Source: Chloroflexota bacterium
GTDB lineage: Bacteria; Chloroflexota; Dehalococcoidia; UBA2979
DNA length: 64,000 nt
Direction: 5' to 3'
Assembly: GCA_003228125.1 (NCBI GenBank)
Contig: QGNP01000006.1
Span: 677 to 64,676 of the forward strand
The notes below the pieces were generated by a model. That model worked only from the letters and a program-made list of their open reading frames with translations, was not told the DNA's origin and searched no databases. How positions within the stretch are numbered: the stretch's first letter is position 1; each line of letters opens with the position of its first letter. The translations under genes were made by a program, and so were the position numbers. Shown here piece by piece: positions 49,051-58,069 of this stretch.

Positions 49051-49087
49051 AAAAAAAAGAGCTTGTGTTGAACAAGCTCTTTTTTTT
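49051..49087. terminator. symmetric (bidirectional-type) rho-independent terminator
   Basis: AAAAAAAA-GAGCTTGT-gttga-ACAAGCTC-TTTTTTTT. It lies just downstream of the minus-strand gene 49121..49438. Confidence 0.75.
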
Positions 49088-49120
49088 ATTCAAAATAGAT
49101 TTTGAATTAGGTTACTAGCC

Positions 49121-49438
49121 TTACATGTATCGCTTTCGAACTCCAGCCATCACGTCAGCGGATATCTTAACAATAAGAACGTTCGCTAATGTTTTACCTG
49201 CTAATGCTCCACCTGTCAAAGTACCTATAAGATCTGCTCCTGCTACATCTACTAGATAAAAACCAAAGGCAAGACCAATTATCCAACTTGCTACAGTATG
49301 ACCTGTTAGCGAACCAATCAACTTGCCTGGCAGAAAACCACCGACAATGTCCATTAATAAATTAGTAATTGCCTCAAGTACTAGACCGGCTAGCATAATT
49401 AAAATAACTGTCTCGAAAGACATACTTGGATCTGGCAT
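49121..49438 (-). CDS. small Gly/Ala-rich integral membrane protein (possibly GlsB/YeaQ/YmgE-like)
   Basis: 105 aa with 2-3 predicted TM helices, an FLPGK motif after the first helix and internal LIGSLTG/LIGTLTGG repeats. A strong SD (GGAGGT) sits 7 nt before the ATG. The family call is weak. Confidence 0.55.
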   Translation of the reverse strand: MPDPSMSFETVILIMLAGLVLEAITNLLMDIVGGFLPGKLIGSLTGHTVASWIIGLAFGFYLVDVAGADLIGTLTGGALAGKTLANVLIVKISADVMAGVRKRYM

Positions 49439-49508
49439 ATATAAACCTCCACTTAACTAACTATTAAGAGCTACGAACTCTTGTTATTATTATTGTTATA
49501 ATGAATAT

Positions 49509-49551
49509 ACAATTAAACAATAATATCAATATTTTATAATTGTTTAATTGT
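49509..49551. promoter_or_regulatory. 13-bp perfect inverted repeat in divergent promoter region (candidate operator)
   Basis: ACAATTAAACAAT (49509-49521) and ATTGTTTAATTGT (49539-49551) are separated by a 17-nt spacer. It lies between divergent starts at 49438 (-) and 49703 (+). Confidence 0.5.
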
Positions 49552-49702
49552 TTTTGCAACAAAAAATTTATTTAATTAACATAATGAGTAGCGTGATTTA
49601 AAATAAAAAAAATTAGAGTTTTCTTATTTTTTTATTAATGTATTTTCAAGTTTATATTTTAATGTCATTATTAACGCATATATCTGAAAGGCTAAGTCAC
49701 CT

Positions 49703-51823
49703 ATGTTTATCTTAAATAAAGTTACAAAAAGAAAAGCAATGAGTATATTATTGATTTTCTTTTTGATATTTATATATTTTTATATTAATGGAACCAAAGA
49801 TGATATTGCAATTATAAAAACTTACGAACATCAAGTTACTACAGGAAGAATGGCTGATTCATTAATAAGTAGCGTGAATGCTGCTTCACGGAATAAAGTT
49901 GATCTATCCTTTGGTCTTAGTGGTGAAATTAATCAGATTGCTGTTGGCACAGGTGATATTGTTAAGAAAGGGGAAGTACTTGCAATCCTTGAATCATCAA
50001 CTGCATCACGACAAGTTCAAGTCAAAGAGATATTACTGTCACAACAAGAAGCTAATCTTGAAGATTTACTCGCTGATCCTATTGCTTCAGAAATTGCTTC
50101 AGCGAAACAGACCACTGCAAATGCTCAGTCATCTGTAGCAAATGCAGAATTTAATTTAAAAAATTTAAAAGAAGGTAGTCTCGCATCAACCGTACAATCT
50201 CAGAGGCAAACTCTAACAACCGCAGAATTTAATTTAGAAAATTTAATTAATCCATCTACAGCTACAATTGCAAATTCAAATTCTTCAATTAAAAATGCTC
50301 AAACTTCCTTAGAACGTTCTCAGAATGATGTTGATGAACTGTGGCCTAAGTTAATTAAAACACAAGAAGATTATTGTAGGATGTTTCAGGATTGGGTGGC
50401 TGTTTGTAACTTGGGCGACATACCTTTAAGTGATGCAAGAATTAAAGGATTACTTGATTCATTAACTTTGGCATTAGTGCCACAGGGTACTCAAAGAACA
50501 AAGACAGAAGCATTATTAACTGCTAATGCAAATTATGCTGATTCTGTCAATTCTGTCATTTCTAATGAAGCGGCCTATTTGTCTGTAAAAGAAGCAAATA
50601 AAAAATTGAAAAGCCCTTCTGTCTTAGAAGTTAAAAAACTTACTGAAGCAGTTACAGCTGCCCAAGTTCGCTTAAACGAATATCTTGCATCTCCTGAACA
50701 ACTTGAAGTTGATAAATTGGATGCATCTTTAGATAGTGCCAAGGCTAATCTTGAGTATGCTTTGGCAAGAGAAGCAGAATTAACTGCTGGCGCACTTGCT
50801 AATGCAATTAATAGAAAAAAACAAGATGTTCAAATTGCTCAATTAAATCTAACTGATGCACAGACTAATTTAGCAAATCATACACTAACCGCCCCTTTTG
50901 ATGGAATTATTGGATCGATTAATGTGACTCTTGGACAACGCATTGGCTCCAGTACTGCTGTTACTACATTAAGTGATCCAAGTTCAATTTACATTGAAAT
51001 TCCTGCATCTGAATCAGATTTAAGCCAAATGCGAGTTAATAACCTTGGCTTTGCAGCATTCGATGGTATGCCCGGTCAATTTTATATTGTTAAATTGAAT
51101 GCAATCAGCGTCATCCCAAATATTTCTCAAGGTGTTATTACCTATCCTGCAGAGGCTGAAATTCTTGTTGGTGAAAAACTATTTCAAGAACGTAGAAATT
51201 TAGTTGCATTGCAAGATTATTTATCTAAAGCAATTGGGCTAGAAGGCAGTGCTATGAGTAGGCCATCTGGCCCACCAAGTGGTTTTACTGGAGGCAATGC
51301 CGCTAGGCCAGAAGGCAGTGCTATGAGTAGGCCATCTGGCCCACCAAGTGGTTTTACTGGAGGCAATGCCGCTAGGCCAGAAGGCAGTGCTATGAGTAGG
51401 CCATCTGGACCACCAAGTGCAAGTGGGCCCACGACAAGAACTCAAGGTGGGTCAATGGCTGACATGGGCTCTCTCATGATGCAATTTGCAAATCCAAAAT
51501 TACCTTTAGATGGCATGTCTGGTACATTGACCTTAGTTACTAATATTAAGGAAGATGTCTTACTTATTCCAACTAATGCAATCGCGCGAGTTGGTAGAGA
51601 TAATACTGTTATATTACAAAATATTGATGGAACTACTGAACAAAGAGTTGTCCAAATAGGCAATGCTGATGATTCAAATACCGCAATTATTAGTGGCTTA
51701 GAAAAAGATGATATTATTATGATTGAATCAAAAAAAGCTATTATAAATAAAGATCAATCAACTAAGCCTACTGATAGCAGGTCGCCAGGCCCTCCGAGTG
51801 GATTTGGCGGAGGTCCTAGATGA
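49703..51823 (+). CDS. efflux transporter periplasmic adaptor subunit (HlyD/MacA family), unusually long with a repeat insertion
   Basis: N-terminal TM anchor and split lipoyl-like halves (GDIVKKGEVLAILES ... LTAPFDGIIGSINV). A helical region of roughly 290 aa lies between them. The beta-barrel and membrane-proximal segments are present (LLIPTNAI, IISGLEKDDII). The stop overlaps the ABC ATPase start. Confidence 0.8.
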   Translation: MFILNKVTKRKAMSILLIFFLIFIYFYINGTKDDIAIIKTYEHQVTTGRMADSLISSVNAASRNKVDLSFGLSGEINQIAVGTGDIVKKGEVLAILESSTASRQVQVKEILLSQQEANLEDLLADPIASEIASAKQTTANAQSSVANAEFNLKNLKEGSLASTVQSQRQTLTTAEFNLENLINPSTATIANSNSSIKNAQTSLERSQNDVDELWPKLIKTQEDYCRMFQDWVAVCNLGDIPLSDARIKGLLDSLTLALVPQGTQRTKTEALLTANANYADSVNSVISNEAAYLSVKEANKKLKSPSVLEVKKLTEAVTAAQVRLNEYLASPEQLEVDKLDASLDSAKANLEYALAREAELTAGALANAINRKKQDVQIAQLNLTDAQTNLANHTLTAPFDGIIGSINVTLGQRIGSSTAVTTLSDPSSIYIEIPASESDLSQMRVNNLGFAAFDGMPGQFYIVKLNAISVIPNISQGVITYPAEAEILVGEKLFQERRNLVALQDYLSKAIGLEGSAMSRPSGPPSGFTGGNAARPEGSAMSRPSGPPSGFTGGNAARPEGSAMSRPSGPPSASGPTTRTQGGSMADMGSLMMQFANPKLPLDGMSGTLTLVTNIKEDVLLIPTNAIARVGRDNTVILQNIDGTTEQRVVQIGNADDSNTAIISGLEKDDIIMIESKKAIINKDQSTKPTDSRSPGPPSGFGGGPR
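51242..51419 (+). repeat. in-frame 69-bp tandem repeat, about 2.6 copies
   Basis: Copies start at 51242, 51311 and 51380. The first two are identical. The third has one mismatch (51409) and diverges after about 40 nt. Each unit encodes EGSAMSRPSGPPSGFTGGNAARP. Confidence 0.95.
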
Positions 51824-52503
51824 TTGAATTAAGTAAAATTTCCAAAGATTATTATACTGAAGCTGGGACTGTCCATGCTCTAAGAAATATTGATGTGAAA
51901 ATACAATCTGGAGAATTCGTTGCTATTATGGGTCAGTCTGGTTCAGGAAAATCAACAATGTTAAATATATTGGGTTGCCTAGATCAACCAACTACAGGTC
52001 AGTATTCTTTGGATGGCATTAATGTAGGAGATAAGAATGATACATATCGGTCTATTTTACGTAGAGAGAAATTTGGTTTTGTCTTTCAATCTTATAACCT
52101 CGTTCCTAGATTAACAGCTGTGGAACAAGTCGAACTACCATTAATTTATCAAGGTGCTAGTAATAAGAGAGAAATTGCACTTGAGGCATTAGCTCGCTTG
52201 AACTTAGATGATAGAGCTCATCATTTCCCTCAACAATTATCTGGTGGCCAACAACAACGAGTTGCAATTGCACGCTCATTAGTTGTTCAGCCACAAGTTG
52301 TTTTTGCAGATGAACCTACTGGTGCTTTGGATACTCAAAGTGGGAAAGACATTATGAAAATATTTTCTGAATTATCGGATGAAGGAATTACGATTGTATT
52401 AATTACGCATGAACAACATATTGCAGATCAATCTAGTCGGATTTTAGAAATGAGTGACGGACAGCTAGTATTTGATAGCCTGCACGGGAGAAATTCACTA
52501 TGA
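51820..52503 (+). CDS. ABC transporter ATP-binding protein (MacB/LolD-type)
   Basis: Walker A GQSGSGKST, signature LSGGQQQR, Walker B VVFADEPT. It has 4-nt overlaps on both sides. Confidence 0.95.
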   Translation: MIELSKISKDYYTEAGTVHALRNIDVKIQSGEFVAIMGQSGSGKSTMLNILGCLDQPTTGQYSLDGINVGDKNDTYRSILRREKFGFVFQSYNLVPRLTAVEQVELPLIYQGASNKREIALEALARLNLDDRAHHFPQQLSGGQQQRVAIARSLVVQPQVVFADEPTGALDTQSGKDIMKIFSELSDEGITIVLITHEQHIADQSSRILEMSDGQLVFDSLHGRNSL

Positions 52504-53753
52504 CTATTATTGATGCAATCAAGATAGCTTTTCGATCTATTTATGCAAATAGATTAAGAAGTCTTTTGACTGCGCTAGGTATGATTATTGGCGTTGCTTC
52601 TGTGATTGCATTAATTGCGATTGGCCAGGGCACGCAACAGGGAGTTAAGCAAGAAATTATGGGATTAGGCTCTAACCTTATTTTTATACAACCAGGCTCT
52701 TCTACAGATCAATCCACAGGCAGTAAAGGAGGCAGAGGTTCATCAACAACTTTAGTATTGAGCGATGTCGATGCTATTATGGATGCAGAAATTGATGGTT
52801 TGTATGGTGCGTCTGGTCAGATTAACTTTCCAGCACAGGCTATTGGTGGTGGAAATAATGACCGCGTAGATGTTGTAGCAGTAGATGCAGAATATGCATA
52901 TGTGCGTGATTTAAATATGGAATATGGATCATTTATTTCAGACAATGATGTTACTAGAAAAGCTATGAATATTGTTCTTGGACATGCAATAGCTGATTCT
53001 TTATTTCCTACTGGAGATCCAATTGGTGAAAATGTACGTATTAACCTTGGAAGTAGATTCGGCTTTAATTTTCGAGTTATAGGAGTGCTCTCTGAATCAG
53101 GTGGTCAAAATGTTCAGGATGCTTCTGTATACATTCCTATACCATCGCTTATGAATCGACTTAGATTTTTAAAGAATCCGACTGGAGGTACGACTATCCA
53201 GCAAATTAGTATTAAGATTGATGAAAATGTAGACGAAGTAGTTATTAAATCTGAATTGGAAGATGTGTTGATGATGGAGCATGCTGTTTTAGAACCAGAT
53301 TTTATTATTAATAGTCAAAATGATTTAGTGAGTGCTGCGAGTGCTGTAAGCAAGACGTTATCTATTTTATTAGGAAGCATTGCTGGTATTTCTCTGATTG
53401 TTGGAGGCATTGGCGTTATGAATATTATGCTAGTGAGCGTGACAGAAAGAACACGAGAAATTGGTATTCGAAGAGCAGTTGGTGCGCTGAGTAAAGATAT
53501 TAGACTTCAATTTATTTCAGAAGCTCTTGTGGTTACTATTGGAGCAGGCATAATAGGCGTAATTGTTGGATTAACTATAGCTATTGTCATTAATGGCAGA
53601 GTCATCGCCGGGCAACAGATGATAACAGTTATTGAATTATGGAGCGTATTAGTGGCTTTTGGCGTTTCATCAATTGTAGGACTGATCAGCGGTAGTTATC
53701 CTGCTCACAGAGCAAGTATGTTAGATCCAATCGTTGCGCTACGATCAGATTAA
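52500..53753 (+). CDS. ABC transporter permease (MacB-type, FtsX-like domain)
   Basis: 417 aa. An N-terminal TM helix, a large extracytoplasmic domain and a C-terminal FtsX-like 3-TM bundle (ERTREIGIRRAVGA). Confidence 0.9.
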   Translation: MTIIDAIKIAFRSIYANRLRSLLTALGMIIGVASVIALIAIGQGTQQGVKQEIMGLGSNLIFIQPGSSTDQSTGSKGGRGSSTTLVLSDVDAIMDAEIDGLYGASGQINFPAQAIGGGNNDRVDVVAVDAEYAYVRDLNMEYGSFISDNDVTRKAMNIVLGHAIADSLFPTGDPIGENVRINLGSRFGFNFRVIGVLSESGGQNVQDASVYIPIPSLMNRLRFLKNPTGGTTIQQISIKIDENVDEVVIKSELEDVLMMEHAVLEPDFIINSQNDLVSAASAVSKTLSILLGSIAGISLIVGGIGVMNIMLVSVTERTREIGIRRAVGALSKDIRLQFISEALVVTIGAGIIGVIVGLTIAIVINGRVIAGQQMITVIELWSVLVAFGVSSIVGLISGSYPAHRASMLDPIVALRSD

Positions 53754-53760
53754 AAAATTG

Positions 53761-53806
53761 GCATAAGTCTGCTTTAGATGTATAGTATTTATGCGAAATT
53801 TTTTTT
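53761..53806 (+). terminator. weak candidate terminator after the ABC operon
   Basis: GCATAA (53761-53766) and TTATGC (53789-53794) are followed by a T-run (53799-53806). The short stem and large loop make support low. Confidence 0.25.
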
Positions 53807-53866
53807 GATTTCTCTTTTCTAATAAATATCTATGGTATCCTTTTGCATGAATTAAAAGGAGAATTA

Positions 53867-54682
53867 ATGAATAAAAAGAAAAGCATCATATTGCTCGTTA
53901 TCATCGTTCCTGTTTTTGCAATACTTGCAGGCCTCATAACTTATTTTTTTGTTTTACGTTCTGACACGCCAGCACCAGTTAGCATTGACAATGCTTTACA
54001 ACAACAATCAAAAGATATAGCGAAGAATGTTGTTGTAAAGAAATCCGTTTCACCTGATACAGAAAAGAAAAACCAAGATCGCGATCAATCTAACAGTATC
54101 AATGCAACAAAATCGATAGCACCACAAATAAATACAGATTCAAGTGATTCTTTAATTGGTACATGGATTATTGATAATGATGCTGAATCCTTTGTTGGTT
54201 ATCGGGTTAAAGAGGAGTTAGTTCGAATTGGAACGTTTACTGCTGTTGGTAGATCTAATCTTGTACAAGGCAGTTTGGATTTTAATGGCGAAGTTATCCA
54301 AGGTGTTATTATTAAAGCAGATTTAAGAGGCTTAAAAAGTGATAATCAATATCGTGATAATGCTTTATCTAAACAAGCAATTGAAACGTCAAAATTTCCT
54401 TATGCAGAATTTACATTATCTGATCCAATTCTTATCAAAGACTCACTATCTGAAGATCAAATTGTGGCAGTAAATGCAAGAGGAACTTTATTATTACATG
54501 GTGTCAGCAATTATGTTGAGATAGCTTTATCAGGCAAGTTATCTTCTAACCAATTATTTATTATTGGAAGCTTACCAATTCAATTTATTGATTATGATAT
54601 TGCTAAGCCAAGCAGCAAAAGCGTATTATCCATTGAAGACAATGCTATAATGGAAATATCATTAATATTTATTAAAAGTTAG
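53867..54682 (+). CDS. YceI-like domain protein with N-terminal membrane anchor
   Basis: I place the start at ATG 53867, preceded by AAAGGAG. A TM helix is followed by the GTWIIDNDAESFVGYRV ... GVSNYVEI pattern of the YceI family. Confidence 0.7.
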   Translation: MNKKKSIILLVIIVPVFAILAGLITYFFVLRSDTPAPVSIDNALQQQSKDIAKNVVVKKSVSPDTEKKNQDRDQSNSINATKSIAPQINTDSSDSLIGTWIIDNDAESFVGYRVKEELVRIGTFTAVGRSNLVQGSLDFNGEVIQGVIIKADLRGLKSDNQYRDNALSKQAIETSKFPYAEFTLSDPILIKDSLSEDQIVAVNARGTLLLHGVSNYVEIALSGKLSSNQLFIIGSLPIQFIDYDIAKPSSKSVLSIEDNAIMEISLIFIKS

Positions 54683-54713
54683 CTTTTTTTATCAATGTAG
54701 ATAAGGTTTGAAA

Positions 54714-55058
54714 ATGAGAGCTTTTTTAAAAAGCAAGATACATCGTGTGACTGTTACTGAAGCAAATATGGATTATGATGGTTCAGTAACCATAGATTCA
54801 ACATTAATGGTAGCCGCCGGGATTGCTGAATGGGAGCAAGTCGCTATTTATGATGTAACAAATGGATCTCGAATAGAAACATATGCAATTTCTTCAATTA
54901 AAGATAATGGTGAGATATGTATTAATGGTGCTGCTGCACATTTAATTAAACCAAATGATATAGTAATTATTCTTACTTATGAATATTTGCAAAATAATGA
55001 GATCGATAATTTTTCTCCAAAAATTGTCCATGTTGATCAATATAATAAAATTATTTAA
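54714..55058 (+). CDS. panD: aspartate 1-decarboxylase
   Basis: LKSKIHRVTVTEANMDYDGSVTID contains the Gly-Ser self-processing site. ATG 54714 is preferred over the track's TTG 54708 on SD spacing. Confidence 0.9.
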   Translation: MRAFLKSKIHRVTVTEANMDYDGSVTIDSTLMVAAGIAEWEQVAIYDVTNGSRIETYAISSIKDNGEICINGAAAHLIKPNDIVIILTYEYLQNNEIDNFSPKIVHVDQYNKII

Positions 55059-55090
55059 ATTAGACAGATTTATTATGAAAAGAGGAAATC

Positions 55091-55771
55091 ATGGATTTTG
55101 CAAATGAACTCATGGTCAAAGGTTTAATAGTTGGAGTTTTCCAAGAAAACTGTTGGATAGTTGGTAATAAAAAAACAGGAGAAGCAATTTGCATAGATCC
55201 AGGAGATGAACCTAATAAGATTCTAGATTTGGCAAAAGATATGGGCGTAAAGATAAAATTCATTGCTAATTCTCATGCGCACGTAGATCATATTATGGGT
55301 GTTTCTGGCATTCATGAAAAAACTGGGGCAGATTTTTTATTAAATAAAAATGATTTGGATTTATTACAAAATGGATGGAAAGATTCTGCAAAAAGGTTAG
55401 GTATAGATTTTGAACAAGCACCACCAGATCCAACAAATTATGTATCTGAAGGAGACAATGTTGAAGTTAGTGGGTTAAAATTACAAGTTATAGAAACTCC
55501 AGGACACACACCAGGTAGCGTGAGCTATTTTTGTGAAGAAGCAGGCGTGTTGTTTAGTGGAGATACTCTTTTTAAAGGTTCAATTGGTAGAACAGATTTT
55601 CCAGGAGGCAATTTTAATTTAGAAATGAATAGCATTTGTAATAAATTATTACAATTGCCTGAAGAAACAGTTGTTTTACCTGGTCACATGGAAGAAACAT
55701 CTATAAAATTCGAAAAAAAATTCAACCCATTTGTTACTGAATGGATGAACCAAAATGGCAATAATATTTAG
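55091..55771 (+). CDS. MBL-fold metallo-hydrolase (glyoxalase II-like)
   Basis: NSHAHVDH metal motif, TPGHTPGS and GDTLF motifs. Confidence 0.85.
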   Translation: MDFANELMVKGLIVGVFQENCWIVGNKKTGEAICIDPGDEPNKILDLAKDMGVKIKFIANSHAHVDHIMGVSGIHEKTGADFLLNKNDLDLLQNGWKDSAKRLGIDFEQAPPDPTNYVSEGDNVEVSGLKLQVIETPGHTPGSVSYFCEEAGVLFSGDTLFKGSIGRTDFPGGNFNLEMNSICNKLLQLPEETVVLPGHMEETSIKFEKKFNPFVTEWMNQNGNNI

Positions 55772-55779
55772 GAGTTATT

Positions 55780-56958
55780 ATGGAATTTAGTTGGTCTAAT
55801 GAAGAAGAAAATTTTAGATTAGAAGTTCGAGAATTTTTAGACGAGCACTGGGATGCAGGCATGCTTCCTGAAGGGCCTAATGTTGACAATGATGCTGCTA
55901 AAAATTATGTAAGAAATTTTAAACGTAAACTAGCTGAAAAAGGTTGGCTTACTATGTCTTGGCCTGAAGAATATGGTGGCCAAGGTGCTTCATACGTGCA
56001 ACAAATGATTTTTAGAGAAGAAGGCGCAATAGTCGATGCTCCTGTAGGAGGAGGAGGAGAACAGATATTAGCACCTGCAATCATGTTAAATGGAACAGAA
56101 GAACAAAAAAAAGAATATTTAGTTCCTATGACTACAGGAGAAGTTTTATGGTCTCAGGGTTATTCAGAACCAGGAGCTGGCTCTGACCTTGCTTCGCTAC
56201 AAACTAGAGCTGTAAAAGACGGAGATGGATATATTATTAATGGTCAGAAAGTTTGGAATGGAGCACATAGAGGCGACATGATACATACTTTAGTTAGAAC
56301 TGATCCTGATGCACCAAAACATAGAGGCATTAGTTACATGATGATTGATTTAGCTGCTAAAGGTGTTTCAATTAATCCGCTTTGGCATATGAATGGCCTA
56401 GGTAGATTTAATGAGGTCTTTTTTGAAGATGTTAGAGTACCTTTATCAAATAGAATTGGTGAAGAAAACAGAGGATGGTACATAGCCGTTACTTCATTAG
56501 ATTTTGAAAGATCAGGCATTCATTTAATAATTGGAATTCAAGGTGTTTATGAAAAACTATTAAATTTTCTTGCTAGTTCTAAGTCTAATGAAATAGGCAT
56601 TGATTCAGCACGACTAAAAAAAATTTATCGACGCTTATCAGAAACAACAGTCGAGTTAGAAGTTGCTAGATTATTAAGCTATCGGATAACATCTATGCAA
56701 TCTGCAGGTATAGTTCCTAATTACGAATCATCAATGGCTAAATGCCTTGGATCTGAATTAGGACAATTCCATGCCCGTAGGGCAATTAATGCAGTAGGTC
56801 TTTATGGGCAACTATTAAAAAATTCAAAGTATTCGATATTAAATGGAGAGATACCGAATAGTTATATGTATACAGTTTCTAGAACTATTGCGGGTGGCAC
56901 TAGTGAAATTCAACGAAATATTATTGCTACACGTGGCCTAGGTTTACCTAGATCTTAA
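55780..56958 (+). CDS. acyl-CoA dehydrogenase family protein
   Basis: 392 aa with YSEPGAGSDLASL and a C-terminal GGTSEIQRNIIA motif. Confidence 0.9.
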   Translation: MEFSWSNEEENFRLEVREFLDEHWDAGMLPEGPNVDNDAAKNYVRNFKRKLAEKGWLTMSWPEEYGGQGASYVQQMIFREEGAIVDAPVGGGGEQILAPAIMLNGTEEQKKEYLVPMTTGEVLWSQGYSEPGAGSDLASLQTRAVKDGDGYIINGQKVWNGAHRGDMIHTLVRTDPDAPKHRGISYMMIDLAAKGVSINPLWHMNGLGRFNEVFFEDVRVPLSNRIGEENRGWYIAVTSLDFERSGIHLIIGIQGVYEKLLNFLASSKSNEIGIDSARLKKIYRRLSETTVELEVARLLSYRITSMQSAGIVPNYESSMAKCLGSELGQFHARRAINAVGLYGQLLKNSKYSILNGEIPNSYMYTVSRTIAGGTSEIQRNIIATRGLGLPRS

Positions 56959-57427
56959 TTTCTTTTTTAGTGATCCATGTTCTATATTTAAATAATATTA
57001 GAAGTGAAATTTTTGAAAAAAATAATTTTGAGAAAATCCCTTTGAATCCTTGGTGATGCTCTAACCAGATCTTGTCTTCAATTAAACATTGCTTATCATT
57101 TATTTTGATTATATTATGCCTGTGTATCCATAATTTCATCGGTCCTTTTAATTGAATATCTGTAAATCCATTTTCTTTACTAACTTCGACATGTTGTGCC
57201 TCCCAAATTATAGGAAACGGACCCATCCATATTTTCATGGTTGTTAATGAATTTTCATTCAGAGGTTCATTTTTTAATAGTTGTATTGGTGTCAAAGGTA
57301 ATTTTAATTTTTTTATTATGCCATCACTGAAATAAAAATCATTTATAACATCTGATGTGGCATCAAATAAAGCACTATGAGAAAAACTAGGCTTTTGATT
57401 TAAGATTTTATTTTTGTAATCATACAT
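56948..57427 (-). CDS. SRPBCC-superfamily (START/cyclase-like) protein
   Basis: This is a weak pattern-based call. The internal Met start (MYDYKNK) is chosen because the track start at 57514 would overlap the divergent gene's start at 57495. Confidence 0.45.
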   Translation of the reverse strand: MYDYKNKILNQKPSFSHSALFDATSDVINDFYFSDGIIKKLKLPLTPIQLLKNEPLNENSLTTMKIWMGPFPIIWEAQHVEVSKENGFTDIQLKGPMKLWIHRHNIIKINDKQCLIEDKIWLEHHQGFKGIFSKLFFSKISLLILFKYRTWITKKEIKI

Positions 57428-57494
57428 AATATTATTTAAGATATTATAATCTCTATGTATAAGATAGAGAGTATAATATCTAAAGGATATTATT

Positions 57495-58064
57495 ATGTTT
57501 ATTGACTTTGGCACTCTTGAGCAATATGTTACTTTCTTAATTTTTTTCGCAAGAGTAGCAGATGTTTCTTTAGGAACTTTACGGACTCTTTATGTCAATG
57601 CTGGCCTAAAATTGCTTGCAGCATTAGCTGGTTTTTTTCAAATGCTAGTTTGGGTATTTGCAGTCGCTGGATTAGTGAACGATCTTAATGACTATGTAAG
57701 AATTTTTTTATTCGCATCTGGTTTTTCTGTAGGTACTATACTTGGGATATGGATTGAAGAAAAAATTGCTTTGGGATTTCGTGCAATACGAATCATGAAT
57801 CATTCTGATGACGTTTCGTTAGCTCCGCTACTTAGAAATCATGGATATAATGTTACTCAAATGGATGCTCAAGGATATTCTAATAAAGTAGAAGTGATAA
57901 TAGCAATTTTATCAAGAAAAGAGATTAAGGGTTTTATTCAGCTTGTAAAAGAGTCAACTTCTGATGTTTATTATACAATAGAAAAAGTTGGAACTCCGCA
58001 TCATAGCAACGAAAAAAATAATAATTGGTTTAGCAAATTCAATTTTTTTAATTTATTAAAATAA
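57495..58064 (+). CDS. UPF0316 / DUF2179-family membrane protein
   Basis: Three N-terminal TM helices (RVADVSLGTLRTL motif) plus a C-terminal soluble DUF2179-like domain. Confidence 0.6.
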   Translation: MFIDFGTLEQYVTFLIFFARVADVSLGTLRTLYVNAGLKLLAALAGFFQMLVWVFAVAGLVNDLNDYVRIFLFASGFSVGTILGIWIEEKIALGFRAIRIMNHSDDVSLAPLLRNHGYNVTQMDAQGYSNKVEVIIAILSRKEIKGFIQLVKESTSDVYYTIEKVGTPHHSNEKNNNWFSKFNFFNLLK

Positions 58065-58069
58065 GTCTT

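Noticed and set aside
49121-49438. Possibility that the small Gly/Ala-rich protein is a double-glycine-leader bacteriocin precursor exported by the divergent ABC system.
   Set aside because: The segment before the GG (positions about 9-33) is a hydrophobic TM-like helix, not an amphipathic leader, and lacks the conserved acidic position. No C39 peptidase-domain ABC transporter is present, since the pump is MacB-type. At 105 aa with 2-3 TM helices it fits an integral membrane protein better.
51217-51445. Two overlapping minus-strand ORFs (71 and 68 aa) with internally repeated sequence.
   Set aside because: They are the reverse-strand reading of the 69-bp tandem repeat inside the adaptor gene. 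Their repetitiveness is a by-product, not independent coding evidence.
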